The notes beneath the pieces were generated by a model, which saw only the letters and a program-made list of their open reading frames with translations, had not been told where the DNA came from and did no database searches. From Gracilinanus agilis (Eukaryota): 64,000 bases of DNA. The stretch spans positions 655,294,875 through 655,358,874 of the forward strand of contig NC_058132.1 in assembly GCF_016433145.1 (NCBI RefSeq). The letters run 5' to 3'. The position numbers were made by a program, and so were the translations under genes. Shown here one piece after another: positions 48,872-61,090 of the stretch (its first letter is position 1; the number at the start of each line of letters is the position of its first letter).

Positions 48872-51800
48872 AAAATCCTACGTCTAGATTTTTTAAAAAA
48901 GTATTCTGCTCTTTCCTGGTCTGATCCTGCTTTCCCTACTCCACTCTTAAATGGTATTTGTTTTGTAAATTTGATTAAAGGACAAAAGAGGCTAAATTGT
49001 GAGGAAAATATAGCTGTAGACATTGTTATTATTTGGGTTACCAAAAAAAAGTTTTATTTAAAGGGAACAAAACATATATTCTTGAGTTGTAAAGATCCAC
49101 CAATATAATTATGTATCAGAGAAAGAATTTGAACCCAGGACTTCCTGGCTCTGAGACCAGTCCTGTTCACTATCCAAGACTGCCTGTTCTATTTAACTCA
49201 TCAGTCTAGTTGATAAGATATTAAGTGCCATTGTTTCTATGGGTGAAGAACAAGTACTGTCAGCCTAAATTTTGGTACCTTGGGTCAGAGCTCCAGTTGG
49301 AATACTTTCATTATGGCCATCTATAACATTCTGAACTGCATTCTTGCAACCCTATATATAAATATAGTTTCCTCTGACTTCAGCCCACTTTCCAGCCCCC
49401 AACAAATCCTATCTTCCTTTGATGTTTTCCTGGATGAAGGCAGGGTAAGAAGTGATATTTCCCCCCTCTCTCTAGTTTCTTTCCATTCCTAATGGCATTT
49501 GCCGGCTCCAAAGCTCATTTGATGTAATTTCTCAGACAAAGTGAGTCTCTAGGGTTCTTCATCTTTACTGTTATAGTTCTCTCCCTGGAAATTAAGGGAA
49601 AAGTATCCCGAGTCTTCCTCTCCCCAGTGTCATCCGCAATCTTCCTTTTGGCTCTTTCCATTCTTCCTCACCACTCTCCTCATTCTACATTCCATCAGTT
49701 ACCAACCCCACTTTCTAGGCACGCTTTCAGCCTGACACCATTTATTTTCTTAAGGAAGGAAGAAATATCCCAGGACCCATAACACCATTACTGTCATCTC
49801 TGGCTCCTACCCTGAGAACTATTTCTCCTTCTATATCCCTCTAATAGCCTTTTGTTTTCTTAAGTATGCCTTAAAGGAAACAAGGAACATAAAGGAGTAA
49901 TATGTAAAAAGTGACCTTTCTGCCCCCTTCTTTTGGCCCAGGGTTTTTTGTTTTGTTTTCTTCATTTGCTTGGGGTTTTTTGGTTTGTATTTCAGTATCT
50001 CAGCACAACAGAGAAGGAGGAAAATAATTTTCTTGGACCCTGATTCCATAGTTATAGCCAGCCAGATTTTTTTGGATGCAGGAATGTACCAACCATCAGG
50101 TTTAACTCCTTAACACTAAATAGTTCCATTTCAAAAAATAACTAATTGAAAATAAAAAAGAAGCATGATTCCTAGGACTATGGTTGAATGGACCCTGGCT
50201 CAGCTTCTTCCTTTATAAAATGGGCATCATAATAAGACCTACCTCACCTTACAGGGTTGTTTCAATAAATTGGTGGGAAGAACACTTCGAATCTGGTTTG
50301 GGAGAGGCAGCCAGGTATTGCCATAGTTTGAGGCTTGCAATTATGAGAGACCTAGGTTCAGACCCGCGTAACCATAACAGTGTAAGCATGGGCAAATCAC
50401 TTAGGGACATGGATGATGGAGTAGGGAATGTTTTTTCCTCTTTCTCCTAATCTTAATGGCATTCTCTGTCTGGAAAGGACAAACCTACACTGATTGGCCA
50501 GTATCATCTTTATAAAAGAAGGGATAGCTTTTTTTTCAAGGGGAAAAGGGAATGGTTAGTTTCTTAATCATAAAATATTACAATTGATGGTAGGAACTAT
50601 AACAATAATAATAACAATCAGTAATATGCCGCTCTAAAGTTTGTGAGGTGGCACTTTACATGAGATATTTCATCTGATCCTTGCAACAACCCTAGGAGGT
50701 AGGTGCTATTATTATTCCTGCTTTATGTGGAGGAAATTGAATCTCCAAGAAGGTAAGGCAGTTTTTAAGGTAACATAACAGTGTTAGAGGTTGAGAATTT
50801 GAACCCAGGTCTTCTTGATGGCTTGTCCAGTACTCTTCCTACTATGCCATGGTGCCTTTCCTCAGTAGGGACATAGAAGGCACCTAATAAATGCTTATAT
50901 TTACTTGGCATGACTTGGCACAGAAAGAAAAAAGGATGTGGAGTCAGAAGATAGGAGATCGAGTTCTGGTTCTGTCACTTGTAGCTATTTGGTTTGTGCG
51001 GTCATTTCACCTCAATCTCAGTTTCCCCATCTGTACAATAGGTATAATAATTGCTACAATACCAACCTTACAGAGTACAGTAAGGACAACACAATGTAGA
51101 GTACTAAGTGAGACAAAGCTTAAAGGCAGCAGCAGTAAGTCTTCCTCACATCATCTCCTTTAGAATTAGAGGAGTGAAATGAGTTGGTCTGTAGAAACTG
51201 AAAGGAAAGGAAAGGCTTCTAACTCCTGAGTTAAAATCATACCTCTGACATTTACTATCTGCATCACTTCAGACAAATCATTTCCCTTTCTGGGACTTCC
51301 ATTTCCTCCACTGTAAAATGAGAGTAGTTGGACTAGATCTGAGAGCCTAGCTTCAGCCCCATGATCATTAAAGTTACGCCAGAGGGAGACAATACATGAG
51401 GTGAGGGCAGGCAAAACCACCCACCCAAAGAGCTGATGAAAAAATAAGGACTTACCTGAGAAATTATTTTAATTTTGCCTTTTGAGATTTATTTTTCTTA
51501 AGGCATCAGGAATTTCTGGGCCAAATCATTACCTAGAAGTGCTGAGCACTGTGAATTTCTGCCTCGTGCTCTTCCCAATTTTTACAGCTGACCCAATAGT
51601 AATGGTACCCAAAAGGACACATGAGAATAGACCTTTATATTATGAAAGTTTATGGAGCTAAGGACATCACTAGGGAGGTTCTATAAGTGGTGAAGTGGGT
51701 AGAATGGCTTGCCTGCATGATTAATTGCAGTACACATTTGTAGCCAAGTTCTACCTCCCCAGAACACATTTCAGAAAGGAAATAAAAGGTCTGTTTTTCA

Positions 51801-51901
51801 AAGTGGAACCACTGTAAACAAAGGCCAAAAGGGGGAAAAGATGCTCTAGTTTGGTAATTGCCTTAGCATGAGATGGGAGCTTAGAGTTTTTCTGGCCCCT
51901 T

Positions 51902-51902
<1 letters not shown>

Positions 51903-51949
<47 letters not shown>

Positions 51950-51958
51950 ACACACACT
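51903..51958. repeat. (CA)n microsatellite
   Basis: Directly visible. Confidence 0.99.
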
Positions 51959-54129
51959 CATATATCATTTTGCAGATAAGGAAACACTAATCAAACAAGG
52001 ATTGCAATTGGCTCAGCATAAGTCAGATGATAGCTGTCAAGTTTTAACTCCAAATCTGGAGTTGTATCACATTCTGCTTGGCCCCTCTTTCAGGCAGGCT
52101 TCAGCCTTGTTTTCCTTCACTTCCTCTCCTCTCTTCTACCAAAGGTCTTCTTTTCCCTCCAGTTCTAGACCTGGGATCAAATCCAAACCATTATTTCAAG
52201 ATAAGTGATATTCTACTCTCCTCTGGCCTCACTCGACATTCCTGTAAATTTCCAATACCAAGTGGGAATCCATGGTCTCAGTTCTCGTATATTTGTTGTT
52301 TCCCACATTAGAATGTAAAAGATTTGATTATAGGAACTGTCTTTAATTTTGTATTTGTGTCCTCCACACTTGGCATATAGCAAATGTTTAATAAATGCTT
52401 TTTGATTCATACATTCATCCGTTAATTCATATGACTTGAATCAGCAACATCTGTGGTTGTGAATGCTTGGTTTTGAAAGAAACTGAGGCTTCTTAATTGT
52501 CTTAATTGCTATCAATTGCAGATTTCAGAAGTTTAGTGACTAGAGCTGAGAAAGAACAAAGATGGCAAATGTATCATTGATACACCCTTCTTCCTCCTTT
52601 GAATAGCTGTAGTAAGGAATGAGCAGTGGAATGAGCAGGGGAGTTGGCATAAGGAGATCTGGGTTTGAATCCTGGACCCCATACTTTTTTGTGGCCTTGG
52701 GAAAACCACATCCCCTCTCTTTGGGCTATTTCCTGTAAAATGAGGGAATTGAACTAGGTAACCCCAAAGATCATTTATAGCTTTTACATTCAATGAATCT
52801 CACTCTGGCAGATGAGATAAGATCATGGGCATGCTGATTATCTCCAATTTACCCTGTCTTTATTCTATCAGTACATAGTTGTTTTCATGTTGTCTCTTCC
52901 TTGAGAACCGACTTTTGCATTTCTTTGTAACTCTAGAACTTAGTACAGTGCCAAGCACATACACTTGATGCTTAATAAATGCTTGTTGACTGAATGGGAA
53001 AAGGTATTCTGAAAATGAATTGTATTTTTTTTAACACCAATGTTCTAGTTTCATTTGTCCTATGACTTTTCCTTCCTTTTTATCTTCCTCTGTTTCCTTC
53101 CTGTCCTTAATTTCTGGATCTTATTCAATTCCTATTTCTGTGAAAATTTCACTATCCACTTTATATCTGGGGACCACCACCTCCAAATTCCTGTAGATGC
53201 TGCTCTCCATATCATACTTTGGGCACTTTCCATACAGCATTCAGTTTTCTTTTAAAATATATTTTCCAAACAGACTATATCATTTAAGAGGTCGAGTCAT
53301 ATCTTGCTCATCTTTGCTTTTTTTTTTTTTGGTAGTTCCTAGCATAGTACTTCCCATACTGTGTTCCATGGATGGAGGTTTGAATGATTGTTCCCCTCCC
53401 TGTATATTGCTTTAAGTGCAGAAAAAGAAAGGACCAAACACAGAAGAGGAGGGACTTTTAGTCAGGGCATGCCAGCAGATTCCAAACTGGAGTTGGCAAA
53501 AAATAAAGAATAGAAAGAAGGAAAAGGAGCAAAGGCAGTTGGGAGGAAATAGGCTAATTCAATCAATATTAAGCTCATATTATGTGAAAGGTACTGTCCG
53601 AGGTTCTGGAAACAAAAGAGACAAAAATAAGACTGTTCCTTTTCTCAAAGAATTTGTGTTGGTGGGTGAGGGGGGCTAAAAAAAGAAAGTTTGGTCCTAC
53701 TTAACTAGATTGTCTGACTCCAAACATGCATCCAACAAATCCATCAACATCTTGCCTCTATTACTTTCTATTTGGGTGACCCTATGACCACTTATCCTCC
53801 TCTGTTCCACAGTTATCTCACCAGTAAAATGAGAACATTGGACTAAGTGAGCTTTATCTTAAATCTATTAGCCTATTCTGCTTTTTGAACTCAGTTAATT
53901 TTAAAATTAGCTGGCTTTTGGTCAAGAGATGCATGTTTTGTTATCTGGTCCAAAATCAAAGCCTTTTCTAGCTTAGTTTGAATTTCTGCTTACTTAATAT
54001 GGGTTATGAGAACCCAGGGCTACATCTGCTTCGCACTGATGCCTGAGATCCTTCCTGGAATATGAATAGCTATACTTGAAGCATATGCAAATCACCTTAT
54101 GGATGTACATATGATATGAATAACCCTGA

Positions 54130-54305
54130 CCTACCATCGAAGCTCCTAGAGAGGCTCCAGTGCTCTAACATGGCAGGTGGACTGCCTATGGCAGACATTG
54201 GGGACAGTGTGAACAGGAATTACATTGGATGGGCAGGCATGATTGGTTGGGATCTTGATCCTTGGAGGAAGCCCTGAATCAATGAGATCACAATTCCATT
54301 TGGGA
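54130..54305 (+). mobile_element. RTE-type LINE 3' end remnant
   Basis: GAGAGGCTCCAG...GGTGGACTGCCTATGGCAGAC...GGATGGGCAGGCATGATTGGTTGGGATCT...AATGAGATCACAATTCCATT resembles the marsupial RTE 3' terminus. Confidence 0.6.
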
Positions 54306-54959
54306 ATGTGAGCAATCCTTTCATTGTGCCACTTGCAACATCAAATCCTCATGGGTTGTCTGGTCCACTCCCTCACTTTATAGGTAAAAAAAGTAAAGTT
54401 CAAAGATATCATAACCACAGAACCATAGCCCCAGGGATAGAAGCATTTTAGGGGCCATCTAGTCCAACCTTTATTTTATAGACAAAAAAAAAACTCCTGA
54501 AGGCTAGGGAGGTTAAGTAAAATGCTCTAATTATCCAAGTTCTTCAGGTTCTCTGGTTCTCCCAGGCCATAGTTACTCATTGTTTCCCTACAAATTAAAT
54601 TTAGAAAAAAAACACACCCATCATGGACTTATTTTGATGTCCCCTCACCTATAGTGGTTGGAAGATTTAGGATAGAACACATGAATAGACCTGTACTTTG
54701 AAGAGATCCCATGAAAGTGTGTCCAGTGCTAACTGGGAGGCCTTAACAAAGCCAAAGTGTGGTAAATAAAAGCATTTTTACTTTGCCACCTTCACATCAT
54801 TGCTTTTCATCTATGATAGGAGAATAACAAGCTTGTTCTCAATTCAGACTCAGTAGCACATGCCTGGCTTTTGGGGAGGAAAAAAGGATATTATACTGAT
54901 TTGCAAACTGCATTTCTGTTATAGATGCAATTCAGACTGTGCCCCATCATGAATACAGT

Positions 54960-55222
54960 GGGAAGAAACTGGATAGGAGAACATCATTACAAAACACTTT
55001 TCACACAAATAAAGTCAGACTTAAACAACTGGAAAAAGTATTAATTGCTCATGGGTAGGCTGAGCCAATGTAACAAAAATGACAATTCTGCCTAAATTAA
55101 TTTATGTATTCAGTGTCATGCCAATCAAACTAAGAACAATTACTTTATAGAGCTAGAAAAGAATAATAACAAAATTCATCTGGAAGAATAAAAGATCAAG
55201 AATAACAGGGGAATTAATGAAA
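54960..55222 (+). mobile_element. LINE-1 ORF2 fragment
   Basis: Translates with a frameshift to KLIYVFSVMPIKL..YFIELEK.ITKFIWKNKRSRI, matching L1 ORF2 AIPIKLP..FF.ELEK...KFIW..KR.RI. Confidence 0.8.
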
Positions 55223-56314
55223 CTGGGTGTGAGTCCACCTGCTTTCACTGTCAAGAGAGCAGCTGAAAACTTCATACACTGAGCTGAGATAGGGACCACA
55301 CCTGTGACTTCATTGGTACTGAATGCTTCCAGGTATGAAATATAAAGAAATGCTTCGGTAGGGCAAGTTGGTACCTTCACTGTAATTTAGAGAGTTGCCT
55401 AGGGCATTGAAAGGTTAAGCAGTTTTCTTAGGGTTCCATAGCCAGTAGCTGTCAATGGCAGAATTTGGATCTAAACTTTTTAGCTCTCTCCATGGACTAC
55501 ACATCTGTCTTTCTAAACTACATTGGCTTCTAAGTAGTTTCAAGCATTTTATCTCAAATAAAAAGAGGAATTTTGTTTGGGGAGCAGCCTTATAATGATT
55601 TGAAGGATATTGATGTCTATCTCTATACTTTCATATTCAGGAATCCTGGAAGCTGTCTCAGTCTCCATTTCTGTCTCCATTTTTCTGTCACTTTTCCATC
55701 TAGGGCTAGAGAGTCCTTAGAGATCAGCTAGTCCAACCTCATAATTTTCACAGATGAGTAAACTGAGGCACAGAAACATGGAAGGCCTTGTCCAGGGTCT
55801 CTTAGTTGCTAAGCAACAGAGCTAAAATTTGAACTTTGTTCCATATTCAGTGCTCTATTCACAGCAACACACAGCTTAAGTCCATATGAATTTTTCTCTT
55901 CTAAAAGCTGTTACTGTTCTTTAGTTCTTACACCATTTCAGGAAGAGAGTAATGGAAAAAATTAAACTACTGGACCAAGGGTAAAGAGCCTTGGCTACAA
56001 ATACAAAAAAAGACAGCCTATGCCTTAACAGAGATTATATTCTAACAGAGGGAAGTAACATGTATATGGTGGCCAGGGGTGAGTGTTTGACCATAAGACC
56101 ATTTATTGTCATGTCCTTTCTAGCAAGGAATGCTATCTCCAGAGATAGAGGTGGTGAGTATAGAATGGGGGTTATAGGCATGATAATGCCAAAAGGACAG
56201 CAAATAATGTTATGGGTCCTGGTGGGGATGGTTAAGGAGAACACTCATGTAGATCAAAACCACCTGGGACCCCAAAACACTAAAGAAAAAAATTAAATCT
56301 TTCTCTGCTTAAAT

Positions 56315-56914
56315 CAGGGATTCTCAAAATGGGTACCACCACCCCCTGGTGGGTGCTGCAGTGATCCAGGGGAGCGGTGATGGCCACAGTTGCATTTGGT
56401 GCATACCAACAATTCTGGCTGCAAAAGGAGATCCCTATGGCTTATCCTGAAATATGGGCTACAATTCAAAAGTTCTTACTTGCATTTCCTTCATCATATT
56501 TAGTGGAATGTGGATTCAGTGTAGTAACCAATTTATTAACAAAAAAAGAAAGAAACCAATCGCAAATAGGCAATTGTGGTGATTTAAGATTACTGCTGAC
56601 GAAAACAGAGCCGAGGATTACTAAATTGGTAGCAGCACACCAGGTTCATCCTTCTCATTAAGATGATTTCGAATGTTTTAACTTTTTGGTATTACATCCT
56701 ATTCTGAGTTCAATAAATAGTTTCATAATTTCAAAGTTCAATGCTTCTAATTTACACCTTTCTTTACTATATTTTATGAAAAAGGTAGAAACATGAATAC
56801 ATATATCTTTTCTATTAATTGCTATTAAAATTTAAAAAAATAATTTCTAGGGAGCGCTAAGTAATATTTTTTCTGGAAAGGGGACGGTAGGCCAAAAATG
56901 TTTGGGAGCCACTG
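56315..56914 (+). mobile_element. 600-bp non-autonomous hAT (Charlie/Buster-type, OposCharlie-like) DNA transposon, internal deletion derivative
   Basis: Imperfect TIRs: CAGGGATTCTCAAAA at the left end and CAGTGGCTCCCAAAC (reverse complement) at the right end. 8-bp TSD GCTTAAAT (56307-56314) / GCTTAAAG (56915-56922). Contains a transposase C-terminal fragment, and both arms match the MITE at 46470-46661. Confidence 0.92.
56377..56661 (+). pseudogene. hAT transposase C-terminal dimerisation-domain fragment (Dimer_Tnp_hAT-like), uninterrupted 94-codon frame
   Basis: Translation ...QQFWLQKEIPMAYPEIWATIQKFLLAFPSSYLVECGFSVVTNLLTKKERNQSQIGNCGDLRLLLTKTEPRITKLVAAHQVHPSH*. It has the hAT pattern FW...YP.L...LxFPSSYxxExxFS and the Buster/Charlie-type terminal HQxHPSH*. 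No catalytic DDE region is present. GTG at 56377, ATG at 56380. Confidence 0.9.
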
Positions 56915-59146
56915 GCTTAAAGTATCTGGATTCTGATGGCTTAATATGGAATAGATCTTCTTTCAAGAAACTTTATGAATGGAAATGTCTCAAGGCCTCC
57001 CTCCCAAGACAAGGATGCTCTGCAGTCAAAGTTAACAAAAACTTGTATCTGAGAATTATCAATGATAAACAAACAGAAGACCTACCAGATAAAAAAAGTT
57101 CCATGGTGGTTTTGGCCACTCTTCCAAACAAATGATATTTCAGCAACACACAAAGGTCTTCTCTTCTCTCTCTAACCATACTCCCCATTCCCAACCTACA
57201 TCATTTCCATTTTACAATTAGGGCTATTTCAGAATAAGAGAACTTCCATGAGTTTGGTTCTACTTGTTGAGAGATCTTTCAGGTACGTCTGCTGTACAAG
57301 GATTCCTTTGTAGGTATAATTTGGACTAATAGGTAGATGGATAGGTATGTAGATATCCTAGGCATTTTCTTATTTTCTCAAACTGCCTATGGATTCTAAA
57401 ATCCCCTGGTGGGGAGGAACAGCATTATTTTCATTCTCAATAGAGCAGAGTTCCTGAAGAGCAGCACCACTTTTGGTCCCAAAGGAAGAAGGGCCCTGAG
57501 AAGGAGTATCAATTGCAACCCAAGGGATCAAGAGCCCTTTCTGGGTAAGGAATAAAATGTAGCCTAGGACCATCTCTCCAGATCAGTGGGTAAATGACTT
57601 CTGAGGTCCTGAATCTGGGCTCCCATGATCTCTTCCAATGCTCAGCTCCTGGAATAAGAACTTTGTAGTGTCCAGTGCTTCCTTTCATTAGGTCAACTTG
57701 CCTAAAATTAGTAAGTACTTCTTTCTTCTATATTTAATGATTGAAATTTCATTTTCAAAAATAATTGAAGTTTCCCACATGGGCGTTTAGAATCTAGACA
57801 TTTTCTTCTTCCTTGAAGCTGACTTTGGATACCAAAATCCTGATGCGGTGTGGTCAGCATTGACTACTGGTCATCTCAAAGCAAATAGGAACTGTTAGAA
57901 AATCACACTTCATCTTTCCCAAAGATTTCCTTTTCCCTTTAGTGGAAATCACTGAATTACTCATGGAATAAAAACTGGAGACATTTTGAGAGAGACAGAA
58001 GGCAATTACCAGTATGGCCAGAGCCATTCTTTGGGGACCATGTTATCGGGTAGGTTAGGGAAACTGAGACAGCTGTAGCTGGCAAATCAAACAGGGAAGA
58101 AATTGCTGCTGGGTCTTCTCTGGTCTGGATGACTTCCCTCTGTCTGTATGACCATCTGTCCCCAGACACAATAGACACAGAGATGCTGGGCAGTATCTCT
58201 GACTGTAGTCATAGGATGAAAGACCTAGAGATGGAAGGTAACTTAGAGACTATCTAATAGAACCCTCCATGTAAACTGAGGCAAACAGAATTTAAATGAC
58301 CTGCCCACAGACAGCTAGTAAGGGTCTGAGGCAGGATTTGAACACAGGTGTTCCTGACTTTATCTCCCACACTCTATACACTATAATATCTTGTATCATG
58401 GCCAAACCATGCTGCACCCAGTTGGGTGGTAGAGGCCAGCCATGGCAGTGTCTGCCACATGCAGTGAAAACCCCATTTGAGTCTTAGGCCTTTGTGCAAG
58501 TCTGTTGAAGGCCAGAGTAATCCAGAGCCAGTCTTCTGATTAAGTCAGAATGGGCAACTGCCTGTCACATTCTTGAACCCAAACGGTATCCCCATCTGTC
58601 TCTAACTAGTGTTATAACTGCTACCATCAATCATTCAGTCAGCAATCATTTATTAAGAATTTACTATGGGCCAGGCACTATGCTAAGTGCAAGGGTTACA
58701 AAGACCAAAGTGAAACGGTCCCTGCCCTCAAGAAGCTTACCTTCTATTGTACAGAAATAACAGTGACATATATAACAAGAAAATATGAAATAAATATACA
58801 GTGGACACAAGGCAGTTCCCCCTACTCCCAACCCAACACCAAAGCCCACCCATCACCTACTTCACATCCAGACCAGAGAAGACATAGGAGCTATTCCTGG
58901 TTTTTGTATCCTCTAAAATCTTTCAATATTGATTAGCACTTGTGTTTTTTACCTATAAAAATATTGGGGCAGAGCCTGTATGAAGGTGGTCCTGTCAAGC
59001 AGTAATGATCACATGCTTTTAATGCTGAATTTGTCTGAAGACTAAATTCCTGCTATTACACTTTAGGGAATCATTCATTCACAGGATGTTGACTCTGGAC
59101 TTTGAATTAGGAGCCATGGGTTCAAATTCTACCTCAAATGCTTACT

Positions 59147-59376
59147 AGAAGAGCAACTAGGTAGCACAGTGGATAGAGCATCGGGCCTGGAGCCAAGAGA
59201 ACCTGGATTCTAATCTGGCCTCAAATACCTCTTAGCTGTGTGACCCTGGGAAAGTCACTTAACCTTAACTGGCCTTTGTCATTCTTCTGCCTTCTAAGCA
59301 AGTGGCTCTTGCTATTCTTTTGCCTTAGAACTGATCCTTAGTGTCAATTCTAAGACTGAAGGTAAGGCTTTGTAAA
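59147..59376 (+). mobile_element. SINE1_Mdo-like SINE nested in a MIR, with TSD
   Basis: Tail GTGTCAATTCTAAGACTGAAGGTAAGG. TSD AAATGCTTACT (59136-59146) / AAATGATTACT (59377-59387). MIR sequence lies on both sides. Confidence 0.85.
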
Positions 59377-59724
59377 AAATGATTACTCATTCTATGGTCT
59401 CATGCCAAGTCACTTAAACCTCTAAGTATCTTAGTTTCCTGATTTGTAAAATTGACTTGATGGACTTTAAGGTCCTTCCCTGATAATCTAGGATTCTTCC
59501 CATCCATTCACGATTATCAGAATTTGGATTAAAAGCTGGAAAGGTCTTCAGAGGCCTAGTCTAGATATCCTATGCATTCATTTTTAGGGAACTGAGGCCC
59601 CAGAGATGTTAAATGAAATTTCTGCTGATACAAAGATAGTAAGTGCCAGAACCGGGGTTTAAACCAAAGTCCTCTGGTGGTAAACATGGTATTCCCTTCC
59701 CTCTGACATATCTCTTCAATCAAC

Positions 59725-59876
59725 TTCCTTTCCTTTCCTTTCCTTTCCTTTCCTTTCCTTTCCTTTCCTTTCCTTTCCTTTCCTTCTCTCCTCCCTTCCT
59801 TCCTTCCCTTCTTTCTCTTTCTGCATTTCTTTGTTCTTCTTTCTTTTCTTCTTTCTCTCTCTTTCTCTTTTTCTTT
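59725..59876. repeat. (CTTTC)n pentamer repeat and pyrimidine-rich tract
   Basis: About 11-12 CTTTC units at 59725-59784, then a CT-rich stretch. Confidence 0.98.
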
Positions 59877-60029
59877 CAAAATTACTTATAAATTAACACC
59901 TTTTTCACTTTATATCGAGCCAAGTTTTCTTTCAACCTCATCTCATGTGCTCTTGGCTCCTTCAGGGGAAAAAAGTAAACCTCCAACAGTTGCTGCTCTG
60001 AGGAAACAGGTTTACAGATTTTAATATGT

Positions 60030-60300
60030 CAGCCAAAAAAAAATTGGCTTGCTTTGGTTGCCAACCAATAGGCAAGAGCAAAGATGGGAGGTTTCCAAAT
60101 GCATTTTGCACCCCTGAGCTGGTTGGAGTCCTCCTCTTGCTGGTGATTGGCTCGATCTCGCCTTCCAGACGCCTGCAGTGATGCTGCAGTCTGTCACCAG
60201 CTGAATCGCTTTTCCTTTTCCAGCTCGTGCTTACTCTACAAGATGTCTTTGGAAAGGTTGCTCGCAGTTGAGTGGTGGTTTTCGTCATAGAAGAAAAGGT
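60030..60300. promoter_or_regulatory. Candidate promoter/enhancer (NFI and CCAAT motifs, CpG retention)
   Basis: AGCCAA-A7-TTGGCT palindrome (60031-60049), TTGG-N7-CCAA NFI-type site (60054-60068), CCAAT (60065), ATTGG (60043, 60146), and 7 CpGs in 60153-60284. Confidence 0.4.
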
Positions 60301-60921
60301 TTTGCTTTAGTAGAGATGAAATAGCAGGGACTTTCTGTTCTCTTTTAAGAATCTACAGCAAGGGGTTCCAAGACTTCAGATGCTTTTAGGTTTTATAATT
60401 AAAGAAATTCTCCAGCCTCTTCCTGAAAATGCATAATGAAGAAGTAACAAAGCTCATGTGAAAAGTGGCCCCAAATTGGAGCCATTATTAAATGCTATAA
60501 TTGAGTTTACTGCGACAACTGCCTTGCTCCCCATTAATGCCATGCACTGAAAAAGCAGGGTTCCATAGTGGTTAGAACTTGGATTTGGGAAGACCTGGGT
60601 TCAAACCCTGCTTCTTATACTGACCAGATGTGAGACCATGGGCAAGGCACCCCAGATGGGTTACAATCTGTTTGGAGAGGGGAGTTCCCACACCAACCAA
60701 AAGAGCGTCTATTTTAAGAGGCTCTGGATCATGGAACAATGCAATCTTAAGAGAATCCAAATCTCAGATGCTCAAAGGGGTGGGTGTAAGCAGGCGGTAC
60801 CATATGGACGCTAGTGACTTGCACGCGTGAAGTGGCATTAAAGATATTCTCGAGGACATAGATGAGTAGGAACGATCGTTCTTCTGTACTTTGGTACACA
60901 TGTATGTAAGTATATGCAGGG

Positions 60922-60923
<2 letters not shown>

Positions 60924-60964
<41 letters not shown>

Positions 60965-61039
60965 GGCAACCCATCCCATACACATTGGAACTTGTGAGAT
61001 AGGCACTAGTGTTATTCCCTTTTTATGGCTGAGGGTATA

Positions 61040-61084
<45 letters not shown>
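60924..61084. repeat. Inverted microsatellite pair (AC)19 ... (GT)21
   Basis: AC tract 60924-60961, GT tract 61043-61084, 81-nt spacer. Confidence 0.97.
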
Positions 61085-61086
<2 letters not shown>

Positions 61087-61090
61087 AGGT

